From: a virus
Taxonomy: Duplodnaviria; Caudoviricetes
Virus record (IMG/VR): IMGVR_UViG_3300021399_000106
Span: 32,001-96,000 of that record
DNA length: 64,000 nt
Direction: 5' to 3' (one strand)
The notes below the pieces were generated by a model, which saw nothing but the letters and a program-made list of their open reading frames with translations, made no database searches and was not told the origin of the DNA. This document shows, piece after piece, positions 42,527 through 54,945 of the stretch (positions are counted from its first letter, which is position 1; each line of letters opens with the position of its first letter). Position numbers and translations under genes: made by a program.

Positions 42527-43009
42527 ATGATTAATTTAAATGGAGTAAGAGGCAGTGGTAAAACTGTAAATTTAGTAAAGTTAGCTAATAATAATTATGA
42601 ATTAGGACATCTATCTGTAATTATTACAATATGACCACATATGAGATTTATTTATAAAAATGCTGGTTTAAATGAAAATATACCAGTTATCACATTAAGA
42701 CAATATTTAGAGGATCCTAAGGCATTTGATAGCTATGATATTTTTATAGATGAACTTGAATATGTTTTAAGTACTAATTTATTTATCCACGGTAATTTGA
42801 GAGCATTTACTACCGAAAAGGAAAATGTAAAAGAACTTAAGAGAGAAGATTGGGATAAAAATTATCGTTTAAATTCTCTTATAGAAACTACTATTAACGA
42901 ATTTAAGAAAACATTTGGTTATAAGTATGAAGAAATACTTAATACAATATCAAAAGAAGATATTATAAAAGGTGTAGAAAAAATATTAAAGGAGATTCAA
43001 AATGATTAA
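42527..43009 (+). CDS. Small P-loop protein (1 in-frame TGA)
   Basis: GVRGSGKT, IFIDE. Confidence 0.65.
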
Positions 43010-43391
43010 AGTATTTATTAGTGTACCAATGAAAAATAGAAAAAAGGAAGATATTGAATATTCAATTCGTAAGATGAAAAGAATTGCTAGATCATATTTA
43101 GCAGAAAATGATATTGAAGCAGATAATATTGACTTTATTAATACTATTGTTTCAGAAAATCCTCCTAAAGAGGTGAATGAAAAAATTTGGTATTTAGGAG
43201 CAGCAATTCAATTATTAGCTAAGGCAGATTATTTAGTAACTATAAATTATGAAGATAGTTATGGTTATTCTGGATGTGAAATTGAAAGACACGCCTTTTA
43301 TGCTTATAAAGGAGAAGATAACATAATACAAATACCATTAGCTTATATTTTATCAGACAATGAAAAATTAAATTACAACACGGAAAAGTAA
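43002..43391 (+). CDS. Nucleoside deoxyribosyltransferase-like / DUF4406-like protein
   Basis: KVFISVPM...AD...SGCEIE. Confidence 0.6.
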   Translation: MIKVFISVPMKNRKKEDIEYSIRKMKRIARSYLAENDIEADNIDFINTIVSENPPKEVNEKIWYLGAAIQLLAKADYLVTINYEDSYGYSGCEIERHAFYAYKGEDNIIQIPLAYILSDNEKLNYNTEK

Positions 43392-43416
43392 TTTAATAGT
43401 TAAGGAGCTATAGTTT

Positions 43417-43809
43417 ATGCCTTATGATAAAGATATTATAGCCAGATATGAATATCAAGCTTTAGGAAGAGTTATTGCAGTTGACTTTGATAGTACAATA
43501 ACACAACATAGGCCCTATCCTCAAAAAGCACCTTTAAATGAGAAAGCTAAAAAATATCTGGATAAACTAAATGAAAAAGGATTCAGAATTGTTTTATGGA
43601 CGTCTAGATTAGAAGATGATTTAGAAGAAGCTTATGATAGATGTATAAATGAATTTGGATTATCATATTTAATTAAAGATAATTCAGATCTTATTCACGG
43701 TGCAACAGGTAAACTTGTAGCATCATTCTATATTGATGATAACTCTTATGTAAATAAAAAAGTACCGTGGAGAAAGATATATAAATACTTATTAAAAAAA
43801 TACAAATAA
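43417..43809 (+). CDS. HAD-superfamily phosphatase
   Basis: AVDFDSTI, LWTSR, K...YIDD. Confidence 0.85.
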   Translation: MPYDKDIIARYEYQALGRVIAVDFDSTITQHRPYPQKAPLNEKAKKYLDKLNEKGFRIVLWTSRLEDDLEEAYDRCINEFGLSYLIKDNSDLIHGATGKLVASFYIDDNSYVNKKVPWRKIYKYLLKKYK

Positions 43810-43879
43810 TTGTATAATATATATAACGCAGTTCGAACTCAAAATCCTGCGTAATAAATTAAAACTAAAGGAGATAAAA

Positions 43880-44797
43880 ATGGCAAAAAAATTGAGTGAA
43901 GAAAAATTAAATGTAACAGAAACATTGGCTGCTACGCATCTAGGTAAGAAATCAGCTGGTAGTGAAAAGTATGATAAAAGCTTACTTGTAGCTGTTCCTA
44001 GAATTGAAAACAGAACCGCTTATGGTATTGAAGAAAGTAATTTACCATTTGTAGGTTATGATGTTTGGGATGCTTATGAAGTATCATTTATGACTACTAA
44101 TAACGTTCCTTGTATGTATGTTTTAAAAATTAAATATCCTTGTAATAGTCCTTATATTGTAGAATCTAAGTCATTAAAATTATATTTAAATTCTTTCAAT
44201 ATGACACCTTTAAAGGATACTATTGAAGAAAGTACACAATACTTTTTAGATACTGTTAAAAAGGATTTAGAAGAGCTTTTAAAAACAACAGTTGAATTAC
44301 ACTTACATACAGAATATTCTAAATCAAAATGTAAAATGTTTAAAGGTTATACTAATTTAAAGAAATTAGTAAATATGAATGAATTACATTGCGAAAAGTT
44401 TAATGAAGCACCGGAACTATTAAGCTTTGATAGCTCTAATGCAAACAAGGAATTAAAAATTACTTTTGATTCAATGAGATCAAATTGTAGAGTAACACAT
44501 CAACCTGACTTCGCAGATGCATTTATTAGAATTAAATGCAAAGATGGTGTTGATTTAACTAATCTAACTAAATATTTAATTTCATTTAGAAAAGAGTGGC
44601 ATTTCCATGAAGAATGTGTTGAAATGATTTATAAGAGATTATTAGATAAATATAATCCAGAAATTCTTATGGTAGGTGCTTTATATACAAGACGTGGTGG
44701 AATTGATATTTGCCCTATGAGAGCATTAAATAGTGATTTATTAGATAAAGAATTAATTTCAATTAATAAATATACTAAGAAAACTATTAAACAATAA
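43880..44797 (+). CDS. queF: 7-cyano-7-deazaguanine reductase (bimodular)
   Basis: DVWDAYEVS, VESKSLKLYLNSF, SNCRVTHQPD, FHEECVE, YTRRGGIDI. Confidence 0.93.
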   Translation: MAKKLSEEKLNVTETLAATHLGKKSAGSEKYDKSLLVAVPRIENRTAYGIEESNLPFVGYDVWDAYEVSFMTTNNVPCMYVLKIKYPCNSPYIVESKSLKLYLNSFNMTPLKDTIEESTQYFLDTVKKDLEELLKTTVELHLHTEYSKSKCKMFKGYTNLKKLVNMNELHCEKFNEAPELLSFDSSNANKELKITFDSMRSNCRVTHQPDFADAFIRIKCKDGVDLTNLTKYLISFRKEWHFHEECVEMIYKRLLDKYNPEILMVGALYTRRGGIDICPMRALNSDLLDKELISINKYTKKTIKQ

Positions 44798-44812
44798 GGA
44801 GGATATTTGATT

Positions 44813-45637
44813 ATGAAATGTATTGTTAGTTTAAGTGGTGGTAGAGATAGCGCCACATGTTTAGGTCTTGCCGTAGAAAGATATGGTTCAGAAAATGTTT
44901 ACGCTGTAGGATTTGAATATGGAAGTAAACATCCTCAAGAATTAGATAGAGCACAACAAATTGCAGATTATTATGGTGTAGATTTCCAAGTTATTCAAAT
45001 CTTACCTGAAATCTTTAAAGGCTCTACATGTACAATGTTAAAAGGCTCTAAGGAAGAAGTGCAAAAAGGTAAAACTTATACAGAAATTCAAGCTGAAAAG
45101 GGAGGTAAAGTAGATACTTATGTTCCTTTTAGAAATGGATTATTTTCAGCATTTGTTGCAGCAAGAGCTGAAAGTCTAGTTCAACAATTTGATGAAGATG
45201 TTGTTATTATGCTTGGGCAACATGCAGATGATAGTGGATACTACATTGATGAAAATGGAGAAGAGCATTTAGATGATTCTAAGGCTGCTTATCCAGATTG
45301 TTCTGTTAATTTTGTAAGAGCATTTGAAAAAGTAGTAGCTATAAGTTCTGTAGGTAGAGTTCATTATGAAGCTCCATTTGTAAAGAACCATAAATGGGAA
45401 TTAATTAAAACAGGATTAGAGTTAGCAAAGCCTGTTCCTTATGAATTATGTTTAAGCTGTTATGACCCTATTGAAGAAAATGGCGAAGTTAAAGAATGTA
45501 TGCAATGTGCTACATGTTTAGATGTTATTGATAACACAAGAAAAGCATTAGAAGCTATTAAGAATTCTAATCCAGAATTGTATAATAATTTAATAAAAAA
45601 AGATTATTATAAAAAGTATTTAAAAGAGGTAGCTTAA
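44813..45637 (+). CDS. queC: 7-cyano-7-deazaguanine synthase
   Basis: SGGRDS, TYVPFRN, YPDC, SCY...CMQCATC. Confidence 0.93.
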   Translation: MKCIVSLSGGRDSATCLGLAVERYGSENVYAVGFEYGSKHPQELDRAQQIADYYGVDFQVIQILPEIFKGSTCTMLKGSKEEVQKGKTYTEIQAEKGGKVDTYVPFRNGLFSAFVAARAESLVQQFDEDVVIMLGQHADDSGYYIDENGEEHLDDSKAAYPDCSVNFVRAFEKVVAISSVGRVHYEAPFVKNHKWELIKTGLELAKPVPYELCLSCYDPIEENGEVKECMQCATCLDVIDNTRKALEAIKNSNPELYNNLIKKDYYKKYLKEVA

Positions 45638-46272
45638 TGAGAGATAGAAAAGATTTATTAAAAAGAGAAGAGCTTGAAAGAATTGCAAGAGAATTTCTTG
45701 AAGCTGTAGATGAAAATCCTGATAGACCTGGATTAATTGAGACTCCTAAAAGAGTTGCAAAATATTGAATGGAATTATTGGAAGGTCAAAAGTATACTAA
45801 TGATGAAATTGCTAGTATGTATGATAAGTGTTTCGATTTAGATGACGATGATGAAACTGATGTAGATCTTTCACAAAATGATACAGGATTAAAGAGAGAT
45901 TTAGTTATTGAAAAAGATATTCCTATTTTCTCACATTGTGAACACCATATTGCTTTAATGTATGATATGAAAGTAACAATTGCATATATTCCAAATAAGA
46001 GAGTTATTGGTTTATCAAAAATGGGAAGAATTGCTGAAATGGTTGGTAAAAGATTACAATTACAAGAAAAAATTGGAGCTGATATCAATTATATCATGAG
46101 AAAAATTTTAGGAACTAATGATGTTGCAGTTGTAATCGAAGGTAAGCACGGATGTATGACTGCAAGAGGTGTAAAGTCTAGAGAAGCTGTTACAAGAACA
46201 GCAAGTCTTGAAGGTGATTTTAAGAAAGATTCAGCTTTAAGAAACGAGCTTTATTCTTTACTAGGAATTTAA
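45637..46272 (+). CDS. folE: GTP cyclohydrolase I (1 in-frame TGA)
   Basis: ETPKRVAKY(W), CEHH, GLSK, RLQLQE, HGCMTARG. Confidence 0.95.
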
Positions 46273-46368
46273 AAAATAATTAAAAAAAAATAAAGAATCT
46301 TACCAGTTAAGATTCTTTTTTATTGTATATTTATATATACATAATTATGAATGAAAGGATTGATGCAT

Positions 46369-46764
46369 ATGAAAAAAGAAGGAATCAATATTACTAAGTT
46401 AACAGAGAATATGGATGTTTTTGACTCTTACTTATTTGGTGATAATTTAGAGGAAAAACAATTTGCTGTAGACTTACTTACTAGAGGACATGACTTTATA
46501 TATCGTATTGTAAATGGTAAACATAGATTCTATCCTTCTAGATTTATTGGTTATGCTAATAATAATATGGAAACTCATACAGCTGATCCTGGTGATGGAA
46601 GAAGAACTAATCACAGATTAAATGCAGCTGTAGGTAATAGATCTACTAAAGATGAATTATTAAGTAGCATCTATAATGCATATGTTAAACAAGTAAAACC
46701 AACTAATAAAAAGAAATATACTAAAAAGAAATTTTGGCACTATGATTTTGGAGGTCTTAACTAA
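46369..46764 (+). CDS. Hypothetical protein
   Basis: ORF with RBS; FYPSRFIGY. Confidence 0.65.
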   Translation: MKKEGINITKLTENMDVFDSYLFGDNLEEKQFAVDLLTRGHDFIYRIVNGKHRFYPSRFIGYANNNMETHTADPGDGRRTNHRLNAAVGNRSTKDELLSSIYNAYVKQVKPTNKKKYTKKKFWHYDFGGLN

Positions 46765-47834
46765 TGTTACCTGAATTACCTATTGAACAAAGAAATATGG
46801 AAAATCATTTTAGAAATATGCCTCCTCATCCATACTATCTAATAGCTGCAGGACAAGGATTTACAAAAGTAACATTTCCTGATGGAACTGAATCAACAAG
46901 TGATGAGGTTAAGAAAGAATTAGGTTATTGTCAACTATTTGCGTGAAATCTTGAAAAAAGTGCTCTTATGAAATGGGTTGAATACCTTACAGAGCATCCT
47001 GATCATCCTTGTAAACTCGTAGTTGATAGTGGTGCATATTCAATGTGGTCTAGAGGAAAAGAATTTGATATGGATGAATATATTAATTTCTTAAACTCTA
47101 ATAATGTAATTGAAAGAGCATTCTGGGTTGCAGAAGCAGATAAAATTCCAGGAAGTTTTGGTGTAGATCCTACACCAGAGGAAGTAGCAGCGGCTCCTGA
47201 AGAATCTTGGAATAACTATCTATATATGATTAAAAGAGTTAAATATCCAAAAAAGATTGTTCCTATCTTCCACATGGGTGAAGACTTCGAATATTTAAGA
47301 AGAATGCTTACATATCAATTTGAAGATGGCGATTTTATTCCATATATTGGAATTTCTCCAAGAAATGACGTTCATGTTAATTTCAAAACTGTTTGGTATG
47401 ATCAAGTATGGAAGTTTATATTTGAAGAATGTCAAAAATTAGGAAGAGATATTCCTTTAACACATAACTTCGGTATGACAACAATTTCCTTAATGGAGCA
47501 ATATCCAAGTTGTAGTTCTGACTCAACATCTTGGGTAAGATCTGCTTCTTTTGGAAATATAATGATTGTTAATAACGGAAAGATTGAAATTGTTTGCGTT
47601 AGTGATAGACAATTAAACAGTCCAGACCATATTAAAAATAAATCTAGAGCTTTACAAGAAGTTGTAGAAAGAGAATGTCAAAGAATTGGCAGAGGTTTAA
47701 CTCTTAATGATTTAATTTATAATGACCCATCATCATCTTTAAGAAAGTGTTTTAACTTGTATAGTTTACATGAATGGGCAACAAATTATAAATATTGTGG
47801 TACCGATGAATTTAAAGAAGATTTGTGAACTTAA
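46764..47834 (+). CDS. dpdA: DpdA-like 7-deazaguanine DNA transglycosylase (TGT fold; 2 in-frame TGA)
   Basis: VDSGAYS, PIFH, HNFG, SSDSTSW motifs; adjacent to the que/folE genes. Confidence 0.78.
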
Positions 47835-47880
47835 AAACAAATATAAAAGTTAAAAATGATAAGGAGATAATATTTAATAA

Positions 47881-49020
47881 ATGATTTTAAAAAACCAATT
47901 ATTTAAAGATGTATGTGGATCAATTCTTTTTGCAATTGACTCTAGTACACTTGCAACTATTACAGATACTCTTGAATTAGTAACTATAGGAAAAACATTA
48001 TATTTAAATGTAACTAATCAAGAATATTATGTATCTTACAAATTTGAACTAGAACATGAAGAAGTATTTCATGCAACAGTTAATGCAACATTATTCTTAA
48101 AGTTAATAAATAGAATAACAACAGAAAATATTGAATTAACTTTAGAAGATAAGGATATGTTAATTAGAGGTAATGGTACTTATAGAATTCCATTTATTGT
48201 AAATGAATCTACAGGCGAACTTCTTGAATTACCTCAAATCAATATTATTAATAAAACAAAGGAATTTACAATTCCAACAACTGTTTTATCATCTATAGCT
48301 GAATATAATAGTAAGGAAATTTCTTCTGTTTCAATGGGAAAAGAAATATATAATTTATATTATATTGATAGAGAAGGCTGTATAACTCATACAAAATCCT
48401 CAGCATGTGTTAATAGTTTTACATTATCTGAAGATGTTAAGTTCTTATTAAATGATAGAATTGTAAAATTATTTAAATTATTTAAGAAAGAACCAAGTGT
48501 TAAATTCGCTCTTGGATATGATGCTATAAGTGAAACAATAATTCAAACTAAGGTATCATTTGAAGTTGATTATATTAAATTAACTGCAATTATTAGATCT
48601 GATGATACTTTATTAAATCAAGTTCCTGTAACAGCTATAAGAACAAGTGCAAATAAGATTTATCCAAATAAAGTTATATTAAATAAAGCTGAATTTTTAG
48701 CTGCAATTGATAGATTAATGCTATTTAATTCCGCAGAATCTAATATTAAACCTTATAATACATTCAAGTTTGATGTTGAAGGAAATTTAACTATTTATGA
48801 TTCAAAGAATATCAACTATGAAACACTTGCATATCAACCAGGAACAGAATTATCTGGTGAGTATACAATGAGAGTTGACTTAGCAGATTTCAAGAAAATT
48901 CTTGATAGCACAGCAGATTCTTTAATATCATTAAATTGTGGAACTACAAGAAATGGTGTTATTTCAACATTAAATGTAAAAAATATCTTTGCAGAAGTTA
49001 AAAGAGAAACTAATCAATAA
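47881..49020 (+). CDS. Sliding clamp (DnaN-like), divergent
   Basis: 379 aa with beta-clamp-like pattern (LYLNVTN.E, LNKAEFLAAIDR); replication context. Confidence 0.6.
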   Translation: MILKNQLFKDVCGSILFAIDSSTLATITDTLELVTIGKTLYLNVTNQEYYVSYKFELEHEEVFHATVNATLFLKLINRITTENIELTLEDKDMLIRGNGTYRIPFIVNESTGELLELPQINIINKTKEFTIPTTVLSSIAEYNSKEISSVSMGKEIYNLYYIDREGCITHTKSSACVNSFTLSEDVKFLLNDRIVKLFKLFKKEPSVKFALGYDAISETIIQTKVSFEVDYIKLTAIIRSDDTLLNQVPVTAIRTSANKIYPNKVILNKAEFLAAIDRLMLFNSAESNIKPYNTFKFDVEGNLTIYDSKNINYETLAYQPGTELSGEYTMRVDLADFKKILDSTADSLISLNCGTTRNGVISTLNVKNIFAEVKRETNQ

Positions 49021-49034
49021 GGAGAGAATATTAT

Positions 49035-49787
49035 ATGCTAGCAGATTTATTAAGTCCTGCAAATTATATAATGGTAAATAGAGATGCTATCAGAATATTA
49101 GGATTAAATACAGCTGTATATTGCTCAGAGTTACTAACAATATATAAAAAGGTAGTAACTAAAAAGAAGTTTGTTAATGATGAAAAATACTTTGAAGTTG
49201 ACAGAGAATATATCAAGAAACAAACTTCTTTAGATATACAGGATCAGTTAAAATGTGATATTAATCTTGCAAAAGTTAATATAATAAAAATTGATAGTGT
49301 TAATCCTAATGTAATTTTCTTCGATATAGAAATATTTAGTTCCGTACTCGCATCTGAAGACATTAAACTATTAGATAATGTTGCAAAGAAAGTACAAGTT
49401 GAAAATCCAAAAGGAGTTAAACAAGCAGATAGAAACTATGTTATTCAAAGATTAAAGGATGGCATAGAGTGTAGAACTCCTGAAATATTATTTAAACTAC
49501 GCGAATGGATTGATTCTTTATTTGAAGCAGGTAAAGGATTATCTAAAGCTCAAGTAAAATTATTTAAAGATAAGTTAGATGATTATTGTAATGGTGATTT
49601 ACAAAAAGCTCTTGCTATAATTGAAATTGCAACTATTCACTCTTATATAGATTGTCAATGGGCAATTAACACTTATGAAAAAGATCATAATATTAAAAAC
49701 ACAATTACTTCATCACCTAACAGATATACATTTACAAGTACTAATGAGCAAAGAAAAACAACTAAAGTAAGCGATGAGGTGTTCTAA
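49035..49787 (+). CDS. Putative replication initiator (N-terminal wHTH)
   Basis: YIMVNR...LGLNTAVYCSEL pattern of phage Rep proteins. Confidence 0.55.
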   Translation: MLADLLSPANYIMVNRDAIRILGLNTAVYCSELLTIYKKVVTKKKFVNDEKYFEVDREYIKKQTSLDIQDQLKCDINLAKVNIIKIDSVNPNVIFFDIEIFSSVLASEDIKLLDNVAKKVQVENPKGVKQADRNYVIQRLKDGIECRTPEILFKLREWIDSLFEAGKGLSKAQVKLFKDKLDDYCNGDLQKALAIIEIATIHSYIDCQWAINTYEKDHNIKNTITSSPNRYTFTSTNEQRKTTKVSDEVF

Positions 49788-50362
49788 TGAATGGATTAAC
49801 ATATAGTGTAATATATACACCCTCAACACATACAGATTATAATGCAAAATATGTTTGCTCAGATGGAAAAGTTCATATTAGATTTAGAGATTATAATAAA
49901 ACACAGATTATTGAAGGTTTTGAAGGAAAATTAACATATTTAATAACTTTCTTATTTAACAGAAATGGATGTTCAAACATATCTGAATTTATGACTCTAA
50001 ATGAAACATGAATACTAAATCAATATTTAGAAAAAGGAATTTCTGAATATACCTATAACTATTATAAATATAAAGGTTTAAAATTATTTGAAAAGTATAG
50101 TAAAAAAGATTCTTCTGGAGGATTTGGAGATTATAATACCTCATGTTTCCCTCAGGAAAATATTAAATATGATAATGCTACTACTATCAATAATATTGAT
50201 ATCTTTATAAAAGATTTAAAAATACAAGATTTAAACGAATTTCTTTTTGATGATGGATATAGCATTATTATTCACAAAAAGAAAAATGATAAAGATAATA
50301 AATTCATCAGAAAACAGAAAAAGAAATTAAAAACAGAATCTGACTTAATAGAATTATGATAA
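49787..50362 (+). CDS. Hypothetical protein (2 in-frame TGA)
   Basis: 191 aa in code 4. Confidence 0.7.
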
Positions 50363-50377
50363 AGGAGATAATGCAAT

Positions 50378-50653
50378 ATGAAAAGACCTGTAATAAAATG
50401 TCCTAACTGTGGAGCTGAGTATATGGCTGCGGAAATTTATTTACCTGATTATTTTTTAGGTAAACCTTCTAATATCGTTAAGGGGCACGAACATAACATT
50501 TTAGCTTATGACGGAAATGATATGGATTTAGAAGAGGAATATCAATGTGATTACTGTAATCAAAAGTTTAAAGTTAAGGCAACTGTAACATTTAAAACAG
50601 AAGCATACAATGATTTATTCGACGATGATGAGTATGTAAGTAAAGGAGAATAA
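50378..50653 (+). CDS. Zn-ribbon protein
   Basis: CPNC...CDYC. Confidence 0.7.
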   Translation: MKRPVIKCPNCGAEYMAAEIYLPDYFLGKPSNIVKGHEHNILAYDGNDMDLEEEYQCDYCNQKFKVKATVTFKTEAYNDLFDDDEYVSKGE

Positions 50654-50655
50654 TT

Positions 50656-52335
50656 GTGATATTTATAACTGAAAACACTCCTAAAAAGTTATCAGGTATT
50701 ACATCACTATTTCTAAATTTTCCTTATAATAAGGATATCATTGAAACTATAAAAAGATGCGATAAATATGTATATGATGGAGAAACTAAAACGTGAGAGA
50801 TTCCTGTCACATTCCTATCATACATATTAGATGAGCTAACTTATTATGACGATATTACCCTCAAACTACTTAAAGAAGATAGTAAAGAGGTCTACTACCC
50901 TAAGCTTATAGAGAGATACAAAACAAAGCCGTTTAAACATCAAATTGAAGGTATTGAATGAGGATTAAACTTATCTAAAGGAGGTCTACTTTTAGACGAT
51001 CCAGGATTAGGAAAATCTTTACAAATGATTTATTTAGCAGAAGAATTAAAAGAGCAAAAAGGATTAGAACATTGTTTAATAATTTGTGGTATAAATACTC
51101 TTAAAGGTAACTGAAAATCAGAAATTCAAAAACATTCAAATCTATCATGTAGAGTAATAGGAGAAAAGATTTCTAAAAAAGGTAAGATAAGCTCTGCAAG
51201 TATCGCAGAAAGAGCAAAAGAACTTAAAGAACCTTTAGATGCATTTTTCTACATACTAAATATAGAATCTCTTCGTTATAAAGAAATTGTAGAGGCAATA
51301 AAAAAATCAAAAAACAAAATTGATTTAATAGTTTTTGATGAATGTCATAAATGTGCAAATGCTCAATCTCAACAAAGTCAAGGATTACTTAAATTAAAAG
51401 AAGCAAGATTAAAAATTGGTCTTACAGGAACACTTCTAACTAATAGCCCTCTTAATGCTTATACACCATTAAAATGAATAGATGTAGAAAAATCTACACT
51501 TACTAATTTTAAAGGATTATATTGTGAGTTTGGCGGATTTGGCGGTCATCAAATAATAGGTTATAAAAATATTGATATTCTTAAAAATGAGATAGAAACA
51601 TGCTCTTTAAGAAGAACAAAAGATATATTAGAAGATCTTCCTCCTAAAACAGTAATTATAGAAAAATTAGATATGAATGATGCTCATAGAGAATTCTATG
51701 AAGCTGTTAAAAATGGTGTTAAAGAGGAAGTAAATAAAATTGATTTAAACCTAAGTAGCACTTTAGCATTAACTACAAGATTACTTCAAGCTACATCTTG
51801 TCCCTCAATATTAACTACATCTGATATCATGTCAACAAAGATAGAAAGAGCTTTAGAGTTAGTTGAAGAAATTTGCGGCCATAATCAAAAAGTAGTTATA
51901 ATGTCAAGATTTAAGGAACCTATATATCAATTAGAAAAATTATTAAAAGATTACCATCCTTTAAGAGGTGATGGAGATATATCTGAAGACCAGTTTGAAA
52001 AGAACAAGAAGTTATTCCAAGAAGATAATGAGTATATGGTTTGATTAGGAACACATTCAAAATCAGGAACAGGAATAACATTAAATAAAGCTTCTTATAT
52101 GATACTACTTGACTGCCCTTGAACTGCTGCAGTTACAAAACAAGTAGAGGATAGAATTCATAGAATAGGCTCTAAAAACAATGTTTTCATTTATCGACTA
52201 GTATGTAATGATACTATAGATGAAGTTGTTCAAAAAGCTATTAAGTTAAAAGAAGCCTTAGCAGATTTCGTTATCGATGATAAGGTTGATGACGCTACAC
52301 TTCAAATTTTAAAGAACTATATTTTGGAGTTGTAG
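50656..52335 (+). CDS. SNF2-family helicase (6 in-frame TGA)
   Basis: DDPGLGKS, DECHK, LTGT, LRRTK, GTGITL, P(W)T, QVEDRIHRIG. Confidence 0.92.
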
Positions 52336-52423
52336 AGAGAGGAAATAACTCTTTAAATTCTTGAAATGAACATTCACTAAAATATTTACATTTGGAATTT
52401 AAAGATGAAAGGAAGACAGTTTT

Positions 52424-54640
52424 ATGCAAAAAGTTATTAAAAGAGATGGAACATTGGTTGCTTATGATTCTAACAAAATTAGACAAGTTTTAAAGAATGC
52501 CAATGCCGATGTGGCAAAAAAAGATAGAGCATCCGAAGAGGATGTTAATTTTATCATTAATTATATTGAATCTCTTCCTAGAATTAGAATGAAGGTAGAT
52601 GAAATTCAAGATATAATTGAAAACCAATTAGTAACTTTAAATAAATACCAATTAGCAAAAAATTATATTACATATAGATTTCAGAGAGATTTAGTTAGAA
52701 AGAGTAATACTACAGACCAAACTATTAGGGAATTACTTGATGGTACTAATGAATATTGAAAAACAGAAAATTCAAATAAAAATGATAGAGTAGTTACAAC
52801 TCAAAGAGATTATATTGCAGGTATTACATCTACAGATATCTCTAAAAGATTTTTACTCCCTAAAGAAGTTGTAAAAGCTCATGATGAAGGTATTATTCAT
52901 TTCCATGATATGGATTATTTCGGACAAAATGCCTTACATAACTGTGATTTAATTAATCTAGATGATATGTTACAAAATGGAACAATGATTAATGGTGTAA
53001 TGATTGAAAAACCACATTGGTTAAGTAAGGCAGTTACAATTGCAACTCAAATAATTACCGCTGTTGCAAGTTCTCAATATGGTGGTTGTACAATTAGTTT
53101 AACTCATTTAGCACCTTTTGTTAGAGAGAGTTATAAGAAGTATTTAAATAAATATGCTAAACGTGGATTTAGTAAAGAGGATTGTGAAAAATACGCTAAA
53201 GAGGATTTACAACAAGAAATTGAATCTTCAGTTCAAACATTCAATTATCAAATTAATTCAATGTCAACAACTAATGGACAGGCACCATTTTTAAGTGTTT
53301 GTATGTATTTAGGCGAAACAGAAGAATATAAAGAAGAATTAGCACTATTAATTGAGGAATTCTTAAAACAAAGAATTTTAGGTATGAAAAATAATAAAGG
53401 TGTTTATGTAACTCCTGCATTTCCTAAATTACTATATGTTTTAGAGGAAGATAATATTCATGATAATTCTAAATATTTCTATTTAACACAATTAGCTGCT
53501 AAATGTACAGCTAAAAGATTAGTACCTGATTACATTTCAGAAAAAGTAATGAAGGAATTAAAACATAATATTGATGGTTCTTCAAGTTGTTATCCTTGTA
53601 TGGGTTGCCGTTCATTCTTAACACCTGATAGAACAATGAATATTGGTAATATAGCAAATGCAAAAAATTATGTTAAAGGTAAACCAAAATTTTATGGCAG
53701 ATTTAATCAAGGAGTTGTAACTATCAATTTACCTGATATAGCATTATCAAGTAAAGGTGATATGAAAAAGTTCTGGAAAATATTTGACCAAAGATTAGAT
53801 TTATGTCATACAGCTTTAAGATGTAGACATGAAAGATTATTAGATAGATATTCAGATATGGCTCCTATTTTATGGCAAGATGGTGCATTAGCTAGATTAG
53901 GTAAACATGAAAAGATTAATAAGTTATTATATAATGGTTATTCTACTATTTCATTAGGTTATGCAGGATTATATGAATGTGTTAAGTATATGACAGGACA
54001 TAGTCATACTGATGGTAATGGTGGTAAAGCATTTGGACTTGAAGTAATGCAACATATGAATGATGCATGTAATAAATGGAAGGCAAAAGAAAATATTGAT
54101 TATTCAGTATATGGTACACCTATTGAGTCAACAACATATAAATTAGCTAAATGTTTAAAGAAGAGATTTGGTGAAGATGTATTTGTTAAGATTGATGGTA
54201 GAGATAGAAACTATGTAACTAATTCTTATCACGTTCCAGTATTTGAAGAAATTGATGCTTTTGATAAATTAAAATTAGAATCTGAATTCCAAAGATTAAG
54301 TCCTGGTGGAGCAATTAGTTATATTGAAACACCTAATCTTCAAAATAATACAGAAGCAGTACTTGAAGTTATTAGATTTATATATGATAATATTATGTAT
54401 GCTGAATTAAATACTAAATCAGATTACTGTCAAAAATGTGGTTCAACTGGGGAAATTGAAATGATTGAAGATGGTAAAGGTAAATTAATTTGAAGATGTC
54501 CAGTTTGTGGAAATACAGATATGAATTTTATGAATATTGCTAGAAGAGTTTGTGGTTATATTTCTACAAATGCAATGAATCAAGGACGTATGAATGAGAT
54601 AAAGGAAAGAGTAATACATCTGGATAATAAAGAAATTTAA
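52424..54640 (+). CDS. nrdD: Anaerobic ribonucleoside-triphosphate reductase with ATP cone (2 in-frame TGA)
   Basis: VIKRDG, ENSNK, HFHD, MGCRSFL, TNSYH, RRVCGY. Confidence 0.96.
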
Positions 54641-54709
54641 TAATTAAGGTCGAAAGACCTTTTTATTTTACTTGTTTATTGTATAATTATTTATAAAGTG
54701 GAGGTATTT

Positions 54710-54943
54710 ATGAAAATAGAAATAGATGTTAAATTCAATATTGGTGATAGAGTTTATGTAAGAAGTCATAACAATGATAGATTGGATACTGATGGTGAAG
54801 GTATTATTGAAGGTTATGTTATTAATAAAACAAAAAAGAGTTGTAAAGTTTATTATTTAGTTGAAGGAAGAGGTAGTTATCGTCGAAAATATCGTTATAC
54901 TGTAGGTGAATTGGAATTAATTGACGATAAGGAAGGAAACTAA
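54710..54943 (+). CDS. Hypothetical SH3-like protein
   Basis: KFNIGDRV; GGAGG RBS. Confidence 0.6.
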   Translation: MKIEIDVKFNIGDRVYVRSHNNDRLDTDGEGIIEGYVINKTKKSCKVYYLVEGRGSYRRKYRYTVGELELIDDKEGN

Positions 54944-54945
54944 TT

